Assembly (NCBI RefSeq): GCF_963921235.1
Contig: NC_086128.1
Span: 42,346,001 to 42,410,000, forward strand
Source: Mobula hypostoma
Lineage: Eukaryota
Direction: 5' to 3'
Length of the DNA: 64,000 nt
This document shows positions 1-13,879 of this stretch, in pieces. The translations under genes and the position numbers were made by a program. The notes under the pieces are model-generated. The model was not told the origin of the DNA, did not search any database, and saw nothing but the letters and a program-made list of their open reading frames with translations. The first letter of the stretch is position 1, and the number at the start of each line of letters is the position of its first letter.

Positions 1-378
1 AGGGGGGGATCTTAATGAAACCTATTGAATATTGAAAACCCTAGACAGAGTGGATGTGGAGAGGATATTTCCTATAGTGGGTGAGACCAAGACCAGAAGG
101 CACAGCCTCAGAATACAGAGATGTCCGCTTAGAACAGACAAGAGGAGGAATTTCTGCTGCCAGAGGGTGGTGAATCTGTGGAATTCATTGCCATAGACGG
201 CTGTGCAGGTATATTTAAAGCCGAAGTTGATAGCTTCTTGGTTAGTCAGGGTGTCAAAGGATATGCAGAGACACCGGGAGAATGGGATTGAGAGGAATAA
301 TGACTCAGTCGCGATGGAATAGCGGAGCAGACTCGATGAGCCGAGTGGCCTAATTCTGCTCCTATGTCTTATGGTCTG
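1..378 (+). mobile_element. CR1-clade LINE 3' end
   Basis: Decayed RGDL.E.Y.I..LDRVDVERIFP..TRRHSLRI..RRNF..QRVVNLWNSLP; tail ggcctaattctgctcctatgtcttatggtct. Confidence 0.85.
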
Positions 379-1069
379 ATATGTTTTCCCTATATTTTCA
401 AAAACTAATAATCTAAATGTGCATTCCCTCATTTACTTTTTGCCTCAAGGGTATGGAAATTTTACCTGCAATATGTGGAACCTAATGTTAGAGAAGGCAC
501 TGAAAACAAACTATAGTATTATTAATTACATTCAGCCTTATGTGTAGCGAGCCGTGAAGAGGTAATGGGGCAATTAATGATCAATTATTGAGGAACAAAA
601 GTTTTTCCTCTGTATCTCAGTATATGTGACAGTAATAAACAATTCAGCCAATACAACAACGCGACGTCAAGTATTCCAAACTGAGATTTTGTTTAGGTTG
701 GGAGGACTGTGAAAATTTCCACAGGAAAGTACACAGATTACCTGTAACAATAGTAGGAGCATTGCTGAACTGCCTGCTCCACTGAAGCTGATCTGGAGTA
801 CCGTGAATGGACTGAACGAGGGTCTCCATGCCCTTCTTTTACGGGGGCAGTGTTCAATCAGAATTGAGATCGGAGTTTTCCCTTGAAATTTAATTTTCTA
901 ACTCTGAGATGACCAAGGCTGATATAATGCTTCACAGTATCTGAGAAATACACAGAATGTCAACAGAAAATGGGGAAAAATTGTTAGAATGTTTGTGAGC
1001 AGCTAATTTGTTTTTCTTTTGTTTTATATAAAAAGCAAAACCGTATAAAGCTATGAACTTTAATTGAGT

Positions 1070-1255
1070 CAAAAAAGCAAACTGCTGGTGGAAGGTAGTG
1101 GGTCAGGCACCATCTGTGGAGACAGAGGGATAGTCATCATTTCAAGCGGCAGTCCTGGATGATCTCTCACTGCACAGATGCTGCCTGACTCATTGAGTTC
1201 CTACAGCAGTTTGCTTTTTGCCCCAGATTCCAGCATCTACAGTCTCTTGGGTCTT
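1070..1255. mobile_element. Degenerate fold-back Penelope-terminus relic
   Basis: Inverted arms aaaagcaaactgctg..gcaccatctgtg / cacagatgctg..cagcagtttgctttt followed by the ttccagcatct tail shared with 20281 and 39111. Confidence 0.6.
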
Positions 1256-2254
1256 AACATTTCATTGCACTCAGTTTGAGAAAAACATGGCTTTTTATAA
1301 ATATATATAATTGACAATTATTCTTTGACCATCTATGTCTGCATTTTGATTTGTTTTTAGATCACAGCATCATTTTATCACTGTTCACACTAAAACAGTC
1401 TTCAGGGTCTCTTTTAGCAAGTATCAGCAGCAAACGTTTTGAAATTTTTTGACATTCCTGTCTTAGATGATTGAAAATCTATTGCTTCCACATCAGTAAA
1501 ATACAGATGATCTTTGAACTAAAATCCTGTTTGTATTTGACAAGCGATAGCAAAGTTGTGCAGAACATAACATGCGAGAAAAACGTGGATTATTTTTCTG
1601 GCAGTACTTCAGTTGTGTTCAGGGCCAAAGGCTTTCTCAATTACACATCTGGCAGATGAAGGAGCTTAGTAATATTTGACCCATGCAACTACATTTTAAA
1701 CTATACCTCTTGTTGTTTGCAAGCAAATTCCTTAAGCACATCAACCAATCAACAAATCATATAAGACAGTGATAAAAACCCCAATACTGAAATTCAGCAT
1801 CTGGCAGTGCAGAATTTGCATATTCATCTATTAACTATACTTTGCATTTAGGTTAAATACACTTACTCCGGGCCCTGCTTGATTCTCAGTGTTCATTTGG
1901 TGACTTCTCAGTTTGGCAATCCCTACCATTTGAGATGCTGTCAGTGAGGCTGATGTTTGAAAGAGAAGAGAATCCTAGCCAGTGCAGTGCTGACATACAG
2001 GTAGATGATTGTTTTAATCAGCACATCACAGAAACGAGCTTCCCCTCCTTGGACACTGCCTCAGTAAACAGTCAACATGATCAAAGACCCCACCCACCCC
2101 AGACACTCTCTCTTCTCCCCCTCTGAAAACACGTACTACCAGGCTCAAGGACAGCTTCTATCCCACTGTTATCAGACTATTGAATATTCCCCAAGTGCAA
2201 TAGGTGAATGCTTGACCTCGCAGTCTACCACGTTATGATCTCGCACCTTATTGT

Positions 2255-3120
2255 CTGCCTGCAAAGGGGGTGCAGAATCAGCATATAGGAAGGAGACTGA
2301 AAACCTGGCTGAGTGGTGCCACAACCTCTCACTCAACATCAGCAAGACCAAGGAGCTGATCACTGACTTCAGGAGGAGGAAACCAGAGGTCCACGAGCCA
2401 GTCCTCATCAGGGGATCAGAGGTGGAGAGGATCAGCAACTTTAAATTCCTTGGTGTTATCATTTCAAAGGACCTGGGTCCAGTATGTAACTGCAAATACA
2501 AAGAAAGCACGGCAGCGCCTCTACTTCCTTAGAAGTTTGCAAAGATTTGGCATGCCATTGAAAATTATGAGAAGCTTATATAGATAGGTATATGGATAGG
2601 AAAGGAATGGAGGATTATGGGCTGAGTGCAGGTCGGTGGGACTAGGTGAGAGTAGCGTTCGGCATGGACTAGAAGGGCCGAGATGGCCTGTTTCCATGCT
2701 GTAAGTGTTAAATGGTTATAGATGTGTGATGGAGTTGCACCATGGCCTGGTATGGAATTATGAATGCCCTTGAATAGAAAAGCCTACGAAAAGTAATGGA
2801 AACAACCCAGCCCATCATAAGTAAAGCCCTCGCCACCATTGAGCACATCTACATGGAGATGCAAGAAAACAAAATCCATCACCGAGGACTGCGGTTCAGG
2901 AAAAGTTCTTACCGCTCATCCATCAGGCTCTTGAACCAGAGGAGATACCTTTACTCACTCCACCACTGAACTGTTCTCACGACAAATGGACTCACTTTCA
3001 AGGACTCTTCAACTCATGTTCTCGATATTTATTGCTTATTTTATTTTTATTTTTGTTTCTTTGTAACTACTGCGAATGCCTGCAAGGAAATGAACCTCAG
3101 GGTTGTATATGGTGACGTGT
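2255..3120 (+). mobile_element. Rex1/Babar-type LINE 3' fragment with a short CR1 tail inserted at ~2583-2720
   Basis: ESAYRKETENLAEWCHNLSLNISKTKELITDFRR..FKFLGV (track ORF 2251..2532). Confidence 0.75.
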
Positions 3121-3429
3121 GATGTGCTGAGTTGTGTCTACAACACTCTGGAGTTTCCTGCATTTATGAGCCACACCAAGCCATGGTGCCTCCAGACAGA
3201 ATGCTTTCTACAGCACATTGTTAAGAATTGGTAAAGTCATTCTAGGATTGTTTTCCTTTGTATTACCCCAATGTACTGATGTGATGGAACAATCTGCGTG
3301 GATGGCACGCAAAACAGAACTTTTCACTGTACCTCAGTTCATGTAACAATAATAAACTGATTTGCCGATTTACCAACTTTGAGGGATGTTATCAGCATTA
3401 TGAAGCAAAGGCAGCCAGAGTTAGGATAG

Positions 3430-3720
3430 CAAGCTAGCTGAGCAGAGCTGAGCTATTGCTTGCTGGCTTCAGTCACCAGGGAAATCCTGACCTCAGGGCT
3501 TTCTTTGCACATTCTTCCTGTAACTGAGTGGCTTCCCACAGTGCTCTCCTTTCCTCTCACCATAAAGTTTGCAGGTTGGTGAACCGGGAACTGTAAGTTG
3601 TCCTGGTGTGTAGGAATGTGGTAAGATCTAGGGAAATTGATGGGAAATTAAATATGATCAGTGTAACCAGGAGCTTGGTGGTTGGCACCGACTCGGAGGG
3701 CTGAAAGACAACTGTAATGT
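3430..3720 (+). mobile_element. Degenerate tRNA-derived SINE
   Basis: Core tttgcacattcttcctgtaactgagtggcttccc..gtgctc..tttcctc resembling the SINE at 50786. Confidence 0.5.
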
Positions 3721-5654
3721 TAACTGACCTTTATAGGAATTGTTTGTTTCTGGATTATAGAAAAATCTGTTTACAGATAGCCCTCAGGACCACAACTCTG
3801 CTTGTATTTAACATCTCAGGAAGCAGTTGATGGGAGAATAGGATTAACTAAATTGGGGAATGTCAATGACGGGACTGGTCTGAGAGCTGGATTAGCCAAA
3901 ATAAACTCAATGGGCCAAAAGGTCGGCTTCTATATTGTATGAAGATATGAAAAAAAAATAAAACATAATCCCCAATACTGAGACAAAGGGGTAGAATCCA
4001 AGTTTGAAAATATTGGGGTGTGGATTGAATTGTGATGAGACAGTAGACTGTAGGTCTAGGTGTAGCTGGGTCCCGTTTACCATGTATTAACCACACTCTT
4101 CATCTCCCATATGAGTGGTTGCAAAACCTGATAATGTTCTGCTTGGGTGAGAATGATGTGGACAAGGGACTGGGATATGATACAGGATATAATTACAAGA
4201 CAGAAGTTGGCAAATTCGAATCCCCAGAGTTTACATGTCTCCAAACCAATATCACCAAAAATCAGTTTTACGTCATCCTCCCTTTTTGAACAGCTTCATT
4301 TGTGTGTATAAGTCAGTTGCTACTTTTTCCTAAATTATAATGATGATTGCACCTTCAAATAATTTATTGGATTATAAAGTACATTCAGATGTTCTGAAGT
4401 CATGGATGTATACTGAATCAATTTTTCTTCAAGGCGTGCCTTTGTCTGAAAAGACTATACTTTGGATCATTGCAATCATTTTCTTGTCTGACATCCACTG
4501 AGAAATTCCAATTTTGAACCTGAATGACTGAAGTTAATTGTAAGGAAACAATTATATAGCTGCTTCAAGTGTTATAAACTTTTAGCAACCATAACATTTG
4601 CTCTGAAAACCTCTTTCTTACTTTAATTTTAAATACTTTTGTACTGCAAGTTACAATTTATCAGCAAAAATAATTTCTGCTCATTTGGAAAGCACAATTA
4701 ACTTCCTATAGCTTCGAATTTTCTCATGTATTATAGTATTAATATATAATCCCCCACCCAAAAAAGATTGATAAACCAGAACTTGATGTTTTCAACATAA
4801 TGTAGCAATTCTTATCAGAATTAATTATTGAGTTGGATGGCACATTTTTCCAATGACTTTAACACCATGATTTATTGTAATGGAAATATGTAAGGAATAG
4901 AGAATGAAGTTTTGCACAAAGAAGTTTTGAATCAGAAGTAAGTTGTTAGGAGATTTCTTGAGACCTATGAAAGATAATCATAGCAAAAACAAATACTGTA
5001 ACTGAAATAATAAAAAAGCAGCAAGTGAACATTTTCTAAGACTCTACCATATCATGCTGCATTATAAAACAGTGAGATTTATTATTTTGCTGTCAAAGCT
5101 TATTTTGAGAAACTTTTCAATCAGTTTTGCAGCCTTGTTAGTTACCCAAAACCATGTTACAAATGCCCCTGGCTAAATGTGTGAGCCAATTTACTCCCCT
5201 CGCTCACCTGCTCCTTTCTGATATGGCCTCCCTACAGCCATCTGCTGATGAAACCCTTATGCATGACACTCTCATCTCAAGATTCTTCCCTCCCCTCCTC
5301 TTCAGCCTAATATCCTTCACTTACCACAAACTTTAACTTATCCAAACCTTTACTTCACATACCTGGTCCACGATCAGTTCTAGTCACTCATCAAACCTGC
5401 TGTATAGTGGCTTCCTGCCCCTCCAACAATAGCCCCTTCTAACTTTCTTCATTTTTACAATAGTTCTTCCCATAAGCTTCTCAAACTCTCCAACTCTAGC
5501 GTAATGGATCTAACTCCTCACTTTTATTTTATCATTACCCAAGACCCTAGGTGTAAGAAATGGACCAAATAATAACTTGAATAAATTCTGACCATATTTC
5601 CTACGGCTAAATTCAAATAATTATTGAAAACAGTATACAACCTCAAACAAGGTT

Positions 5655-5925
5655 CATAATTTTAAGGTGATTGCAGGAAAGTGTAGGGGGGATGTCAGAG
5701 ATAGGTTCTTTACACAGAGAGCAATGAGTGCTTGAAATGCCCTGCCAGGGGTGGCAGTAGAGGCTGATACATTAGAGCCATTTAAGGAACACAAGATAGG
5801 CACATGGATGACAGCAAAATGGAGGGGGATGTAGGAGGAAAGGGTTAAATTGATTTTAGAGTGGGTTAAGAGGTTGGCACAACATCGTGGGCTGAAGGGC
5901 CTGTACTGTGTTGTAATGTTCTATG
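5655..5925 (+). mobile_element. CR1 LINE 3' end
   Basis: FFTQR..W.ALP relic; tail gggctgaagggcctgtactgtgttgtaatgttctatg. Confidence 0.75.
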
Positions 5926-6765
5926 TCACAGAATAGAATCAAAGAATCAATAGAATCAAATGGTGCCAAAAGCATGGTGACACCATGGACTCTCTCAAGC
6001 ACATCCTCTGAGTTTGCTAGTCGTTGATGCAAACGGTGCATTTATTTATATATTTCGATGTACATGTGACAGATGAAGCTCCTCTCTCTATCTCCCCCTC
6101 TTGCTAATAGGGAAAACCTGCAATGACATCCAAATTGCAATTCCCCTTTAAATGGTGTTAGTTTCTTTTAAGTAGTGCCAGGAATCCTGGTAGTCCTGAT
6201 TCTATTGTGTAAGTGACCAAGCAATTCCCGTAGTACTAATAACCCACTATTTGAATGCTAATAACCCACTATTTGAAGATGACAACTCTGATCAGTTTCA
6301 TTTCCCAGTGACATCCAGGCTATTTGACCTGAGCTACACTTGCAATGTCCATTGTGGGCTTGAATGTGGGACCAAGATTACAATACACGTTGTTGTGAAA
6401 CGAGAAGAATCTATTAACCATTTAAACCTACTTCTGCTGATGGACGTTTTGCTATTAATCACTTTTTATTGATTTTTTCACACAAGAAAACCAAAACCCT
6501 GCAACATATTTTCCAAATACAGATAAATACGAAATAGTCTGCTTTAAAACGGGGCCAGGTCTCTTGTGGAAGTTGTGGCTAAACAGAAGCTTATATTTTG
6601 GTGACTTCAGTTGGAAGTTCTCATTCAGCAGTAGTTCCATAGAATGATAAATTGGATCCTTGGCCTCACAACCTATCTCGTTATGATCTTGCAGCTTGCT
6701 ATTAGCCTGTACTGCACTTTCACTGTAGCTATTATACTTTATTCTGCAATGCTATTGTTCAACTT

Positions 6766-7110
6766 GGTTACAGCACAGAAACAGTCACTTTGATCCATCT
6801 AGCCCACGCTGAACTATTACTCTGCTTAGTCCTATCCATCTGAACCTGGACCATAGCCCTCATACCCCTCCTATTCACATACCTAGCCAAATTTTTCTTA
6901 AATGTTGAAATTGAACCCACATTCACCACTTCTGCTGGCAGTCTGTTCCACACTCTCACCATCATTTGAGTGAAGTTTCCCCTCATGTTCCCTTTAAACA
7001 TTTCAACTTTCACCCTTGACACATGACCTCTAGTTTTAATCTCAACCAACCTCCATGGAAAAGCCTGCTTGCACTTACCCTATCTATACCCTTCATAATT
7101 TTGTATACCT
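6766..7110 (-). mobile_element. CR1 LINE 3' end
   Basis: Track ORF 6768..7049 (TRGH..FTQMMVRVWNRLPAEVV). Confidence 0.8.
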
Positions 7111-8319
7111 ATGTTCTATGTTCTAACCTGCAGGAGTTGGTATGGAGCTAAAGCAAGAGTAGCCTCAGATTATGAAATTAATTCAGTTGCAGCGTGTGTG
7201 AAACTGAGGCAAGCCAGTGATCTGTAGCTGAAACCGATGTAATAACCGAGCTATGACAAATGATCAGACAGTAGAAAAACAAAAGGTACCAGAGACAAGG
7301 GTAACATAGGAAAGTGAAACCCGTATACATGCTAACATACTAATATGAAGACAGCCAGGAAAGTATAAAAAATTCTATGGCACGGCTGGGCAGACAAAGA
7401 ATTGAGACACAAGTGACTGCAGATGCTGGAGAAACTCGATGGGTCAGGCAGTATCTATGGAGGGAAATGGACAGCCAGTACTTCAGGTCAAGACACTTCA
7501 CCTGGTTTGAATCATTGAGGAATATTGGCACAAAGAATCATTGGGGAATCCAAATAACCCTTTCCTCTGTCACAGTCTCCTCTCTCTCACACTCATCCAC
7601 TAAGATACGAGAGGATAGCTGGCAATTTACCCAGAGAAAGCATTTTATTAAACAAAAAAGTAACAGAGCCATTTCCTCTGTTTGCATTTTTCTTACGTAC
7701 CCAGACCAACTTTATTCTGTTCTACACTGAAACAAGGGAGAGCACTTGGTCACGTGACACAACTCTTAAGAGAGTGCACACCCAATATTACATCAGCTGT
7801 AATGAAAACTGAAAATGCTGGAAACACTCAGCAGGTCACACTGCATCTGTGGGAAGAGAAACAAAGTCAATGTTTCAGGTCAGAGACTCCTTTAAAAACC
7901 CACTCCTTTGTCCAACCTGCAACACTCCATTTATATTTCTCTGCTTTGGTTTCGCAATTATTCTTATTTCAATGATTACTGAAAAGTACCTTGGATATTG
8001 CTCTGCATTTAAGATGCTAAACAAATGCAAGGTACATCTGATACTCAAATTGATTGAAATTCATTTGCAGCAAGCCAGAATCCAGCATTTGGTATGACTT
8101 GATCTTAATAACATGAACTAAAAAGATTTTCATCTTAATACAATGAAGTAACAGAATTCCATTTTTTAAAATAATCTGAATTAGTTCTAACAGGATCCTT
8201 TGATATCAATGTAACTTAGTGGCTGGAAACGTTTTAGCAGCTGAATGGATTGAAATAGGAACTAAACAGAAACAGCTTTTGCCTCTGCCTGTGTCTTGAA
8301 AGTTGCATCGTTTTTTTAA

Positions 8320-9330
8320 AATTTCAAAATATGTTTTATTCATTAAAAGTTCAAATGTAGTTAACAGAAAACATTCAAGTTACTATTTTCATCACAAGTC
8401 ATGTGATTTCAATTATTTAACATTAGCACATCGGTTATCGTTTATATACGAATCATTGAGAACTAGTTCATGGGGTTTCAACACAGATGTGAATCACGTA
8501 ATGTGCATTAGCAGGAAGCTCTAACACTGTGTATCTTCCCCTCTGCAATGGCTATACTCAGCGTTAGTGCATCCTTCTTCACCTAGCTTTGGATCTTAGT
8601 GGGCGACAGTGGCAGCATTCGACCGTGGGCAACAGCATGCTCTTGAAACACCTGTCATTTTTAGGCAGACCAGAGAGCATCTTTCACCGTGCTGATCTTT
8701 GTCTCCAGGAACAATCCTTGCAGTACAGGATCCTTTGTTAGACAAAGCTCAGCAAACACTCCAGCACCTGATGTTAGATTTTCCAGGCAAATGCATGTTC
8801 CAGAGGGAATTGGGCTAAAGTCTCATTTCTGATTGCACCATCATGAGGGCAGTGCTGTGACCATACATGAAATATCTGTTGGGGCCTTTCTCAGCAAACC
8901 AGGGTCTTGGCGCTTGTTGGAACACTTTGGTGCTGAGTTGTATTACACTTAGTAGTCTGGTCAGGAAACTGTCCCCGTTTCCTTTTCCTCGAGGGTTCTG
9001 ATGATATTTTGCACAGACCAATGCCTAACTGACTTCTTGTCAAGTGTCAGGTCAAAGGTACTCAGCAATCTACAGATTGACAGGGGCCAAGGTAGGAGAT
9101 AATGATGTCATTGTGTACAGAGAGGGTTTGGTCTGAGTGCCCTCACTGCCTGGGATTGTCACACCTCAGACTGTTGGATTATTCCTAATGGATTTGGTGA
9201 GAGGTTTTGTGCAGCACACAGATAGGGGAGCAGAGGGAGCAGCCTTGCCTAACTTCAAAGTTAATCAGTCCACCCACTGTTCAGGACATCACTACAGAAG
9301 TCAGTGCAGGACTGTTGTCATTTCCTAATT
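8320..9330 (-). mobile_element. Decayed Tx1/L1-like LINE 3' region
   Basis: Resembles 13880-15000; LINE C-terminal relics; boundaries approximate. Confidence 0.4.
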
Positions 9331-9974
9331 TTAGCTGATGACTTCAAGTTCAGGCATTGATCTCCTACAGATAGTCATCACCTTTTTCAAATAAGTGGTG
9401 AAACCTTTACAAGAGTAAACATTTTACTGAACATTCCTTACACCATGATTATCTCATATTCAGATGGAAGAAAGAACATGTAAAAACCTTAGCTTTTGAA
9501 ATAAAAATAATCTCCTGGCAATAGAATTTCACAGTTAGACACAAAAAATCAGTTCTACCAATAAGCACTCTTTTGAACCCAACCACAAACTCAGTAAGAT
9601 CCCAGAAAAACAATCTCAACAGAAAATTGCCTTACTGAGTTTCAATTTCCAGATTGTAAAGTGAAACTTTTCAAAATCTCTTATTTTTCCATCCTTATTA
9701 AGCATTCTGCAATAGTCCTGCTTCAATTTGCCATCAATATCAGACTGTGTCTTCATCACCTTAAAGCTGCCTTATGTACAGTCCTCTTATCTAATCTGCA
9801 AAGTCCAGTGAAGGACAACATACTGGACTCATCTCTGTTACTTCAATTTCCTTTCCAGTTTGTTCCTATTGCTTAGTGATTGAAACAATACTGAGGAGAG
9901 ATCCAAATAAGTTAGCTCCATCAAACATTTGCAGTCAGACTTGCTTAAAGTTCTTCCTCTTGAAAAGACAACTC

Positions 9975-11700
9975 AGTGTGACCTGGATGATGGAATTGGT
10001 GGCTTTGTGGCCAAGTTTGCAGATGATACAAAGGTAGGTGGAGGGGCAGGTAGCGTTGAGGATGCAGGGAGCCTGCAGAAGGACTTGGACAGATTAGGAG
10101 AATTGGCAGAGAAGTGGCAGATTCAAGAATCAAGATTGTTTATTGCCATTCTTCAATACATGAGTATAAAGAGAACAGAAGGACTGTTCCTACAGATCTG
10201 ATGCAGCATAAAATAACACAATAAGCATACAAACACAAATATAAATGTAAAAGCAATCCTATAAAACACAATGTTCAAGTAAATGTTGAATGTGGCCGTA
10301 TATATGTACCTAAAATGAGCTTGTATCCATCAACTGATTGTATGAAGTGACACTAGATGCAGGAGTATATGAATATAAGGTGACTATAAGGTGCAATATA
10401 GTGTAGGCAAGCGTATGGTCATGCACTTTCGTAGAAGGAATAAAGACATAGACTATTTTCTAAAAGGGGCGTGAATTCAGAAATCTGTGGTATAATAGGA
10501 CTTGGAAGTCCTTGTGCAGGATTCCGTAAAGGTTAACTTGCAGTTTGAGTTGGGAGTAAAGAAGGCAAATGCAGTGTTAGCATTCACTTCGAGAGGACTG
10601 GAACATAAAAGCAAGGATGCAATGCTGAATCTTTATAAGGCATCAATCAGACCACACTTTGGAGTATTGCGAGCAGTTTTGGGCCCCACATTCATGAAAG
10701 GATGAACTGGCATAGGAGAGGGTCTTGAGAAGATTCATGAGAATGAAAGGGTTAACATGTTACACTAATAGCTAAAAGATCCATCTTACTTAAATGGAAA
10801 GATTCTGATCCTCCTACTAGTTTTCAATGGTTTTCTTAAACTATATTATGTTTAAACCTGGAAAAAATTAGGTGTGATATGGTTGATTCTTCAGTTAAAT
10901 TTGAAGAAATCTGGAGACCATTTATTCAACATTTTCATATGATGTAAGCTGTCCCTTTCAAAACCCTTTTATTAATAATCTTTTGTTCATCTATGGAGGG
11001 GTGGAGTTAATGACAAATAATGTTCTTATCTGAGGGAATAGGACATCCAAGTTTTTGTTTTTTTAGTTTAGGGGGTTCTTTATAAAACTCTTTTTTCATG
11101 TTCAATTACTCAGACTGGGAGGCTTGAATTATATATTTTAATCAAATTATGTTTGTATATGTTAACCATTATCAATGTTACACCGATCTCTTTGTATCAT
11201 TAGTATTGTTATATATATTAATCTGAAACCTAATAAAAAGATTGAAAAAGAAAAAAGAAAGGGTTAACATATGAGGAGTGTCTGATGGCTCTGGACCTGT
11301 GCTTGCTGGAGTTTAGAAAAAAGAAGGGGGGCATTTTATTGAAACCTACAGAATATTGGAGAACCTAGAGAGAATGGACGTGGAGAGGATGTTTCCAATA
11401 GTGGGAGAATCTAGGACCACAGGCCACAGCCTTAGAATAAGAGGAAGTTGCTTTCAAGCAGAGATGAGGAGGAATTTCTTTAGCCAGAGAGTGGTGAATC
11501 TGTGGAAATTATTGCCAGAGAGGGCAGTGGAGGCAAAGTCATTAGATCTATTTAAATGAGTTTGATAGGTTTTAGATTAGTAAGGGTGTCAAAGGTTATG
11601 GGGCGAAGGCAGGAGTGCAGGGTGAGAGGGGTCACAATCAAATGGCAGAGCAGACTCAATGAGCCAAATGGCCTAATTCTGCTCCCTTGTCTTGTGGTTG
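9975..11700 (+). mobile_element. CR1 LINE fragment split by two later insertions
   Basis: KFADDTKVGG..LQKDLDRL (track ORF 9929..10201), VKKANAVLAF (10502..10705), MRRNFFSQRVVNLW (11356..11559). Confidence 0.85.
10759..11256 (+). mobile_element. 5'-truncated L1-clade LINE 3' end inserted in the CR1
   Basis: Relic PPTSFQW..LEKIR..KFEEIWRPFI, AATAAA at ~11232, A-rich tail, 14-bp TSD GAAAGGGTTAACAT (10745-10758, 11257-11270). Confidence 0.8.
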
Positions 11701-12834
11701 CATTGTCAACATGTTGTTAAATGGCAAGAAACTCAAAAATTATAAATGTTTCCTGGTTCTTAATTTTATTAACACTTTTCTAATATTGACAACATTTTAA
11801 TAATGTAAAAATAGGATCTGAAAAGTAACTTCTTCACACCAATTTAGCTTTGTGATTGATTCCTTTAAGGTATCGTGGGAGTGTTAGAAGCACCTGTAGG
11901 AATTCTTCCCAAAATTTAAATTAACAATGAAATACTTTGAAATGTATGGATACATTTGGCTCATTGTAAGAAACTAACAACATCAACTTCCTTTTATATA
12001 GCATCACTTATTAGCAAAAACATCCCAAGACACACTACAGGAACTTTGTCAATCAAAAAAAAAATGATGCTAGATTACATGAAAGGTATTAAGGAAGGTG
12101 ACCTTAATTTAGTCACAGTGATAGATTTTAAGGACCTCCTTAAAGGAGTAAACAGTTACAGAGAAAATTAGGAACAGAACTACAGTGGTTAGCTTCTTGG
12201 CAGCTGATGATGGCGCAGTTGCCAATGGTGGACTGATAAGATCTAAGTACATTCAAGGGACTGAAGGAGCATTTTCGAAGGTGTTAAGGCCAGGGGAGGT
12301 GGCAAAGAGATGGAGGGCAAGGCTACAGAGGAATCTGCAAACAAGATGAAAAATATTAACACCATGACATTGATTAACAAGAAAGAATGTGAAGAAAAAT
12401 AGAAGCCCATGATGGGAAGCAAGACATAGAGGCAAGCTTGGATACACGATTAACTGATTGTCAGGAAACAAAAAAGGGGTTTGGATTAGTGCTGGGTCAC
12501 CTCTTTCTGATACTTATCATATGTAGACTGTGAATGCCAGTGTGGTTGGTTGTGAGAAAGAATATTCTCAGCAGGAGGAAGCTCCAGCTGCTCAAAATGA
12601 ACTGGTCAAATGGAATTCTTTGTGAATAAACAGTTGACAAGGACCCGATGAAAGGTCTTGGCCCAAAACATTGACTGTTTATTCACTTCCATAGATGTTG
12701 CCTGACCTAATATCCTCCAGCATTTTGTGTGCGTTTATCCAGGATGATTGCTTTGTTGATTGAGACAGCCACTGGTTTATACCCACTCGCTTTTAGAATA
12801 TGAACCAGAGCTTGAACATTGGTCTGATGGTCAC

Positions 12835-13560
12835 ATTGTAGGACAGATGTGACAATGATAGAGAGATTGCATAGGAAATTTAATGGGATTTTTCCAAAGC
12901 TGCAGAATTTATTTTTTTTGCGAGGATAAATTGGTGAGGCAAGGATTGTTTTCTTTGAAATAAAGAAGGCTGAGGAGATTTAAACAAAACTATAACAGTA
13001 TGAAAGAGCTGGGATGGGTAAATGGAAATAACTTATTTTACTTTACAGAAAGGGCAATAGTTGAAGGATGTAAAATTAAATAATTGGTAGAAATCAGATT
13101 GAGGAAATGAGTGGTGGATGGAAAATGTGATTGCACTGGAGAGGATGCAGAGGGGATTTAAAAAGATGTAAAGACTGGAAAATTATAGCTATGAGGAAGA
13201 ATTGGATAAGTTGGGGCTGTTTTCTTTGGAACAGAGGAGGCTCTGGGGAGACATAATTGAGGTGTATAAAATTATGAGGGGTCTAAATAGAATATATATG
13301 AAGACTTTGCTTCTTGAGCTGAAGGGTCAAAGAGCAGGGGTCTTAAGATTGATTGAAAGTAATTGGCATAAGGATCGGAGGGGAGTTAAAGAAGTATTTG
13401 TTTACCCAGAGGTGGCAGGGAGCTAGAGCTCACGGTCGGAAAGAGTGCATGAGGCAGAAACTATCATTTCATTCCCACAGTGCCCGATGTGTACATGAAA
13501 TGTTGGGATGTCCAGAATACAGACCTGCTGCTGGAAGGATTAGGCAGGGGAGCTTCATCT
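12835..13560 (+). mobile_element. Two tandem decayed CR1 fragments
   Basis: LGLFSLEQRRLWGDIIEVYKIMRG (track ORF 13202..13426). Confidence 0.7.
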
Positions 13561-13879
13561 AGCAAAGCCACAACAGCTCAAATTAGCATTCGCTATTGTC
13601 ATAAAGCTTTCATGCTTTTTTGAAGGGAAGTGGACTGGGAAGTGGGAAGTGGCAAGTTTTTTTTCCTGGTTGGCATGCAAATTAACAGAATGTTCTCCTT
13701 GCCTGCTATAAATTCCCATGATCCAATGAATTACCTGGGAAATTAAAAGTTTCTGAGGTTTCATGGTAACTGTGCTAAAGAAAAATACTTGAAAGAAATA
13801 TTTGGCATAAATCCACTTCCTACTAATTTTATTGGAAGAGTCTTCAGAATCTTAAAAATTGTTATGGGTCTAAACTCAA

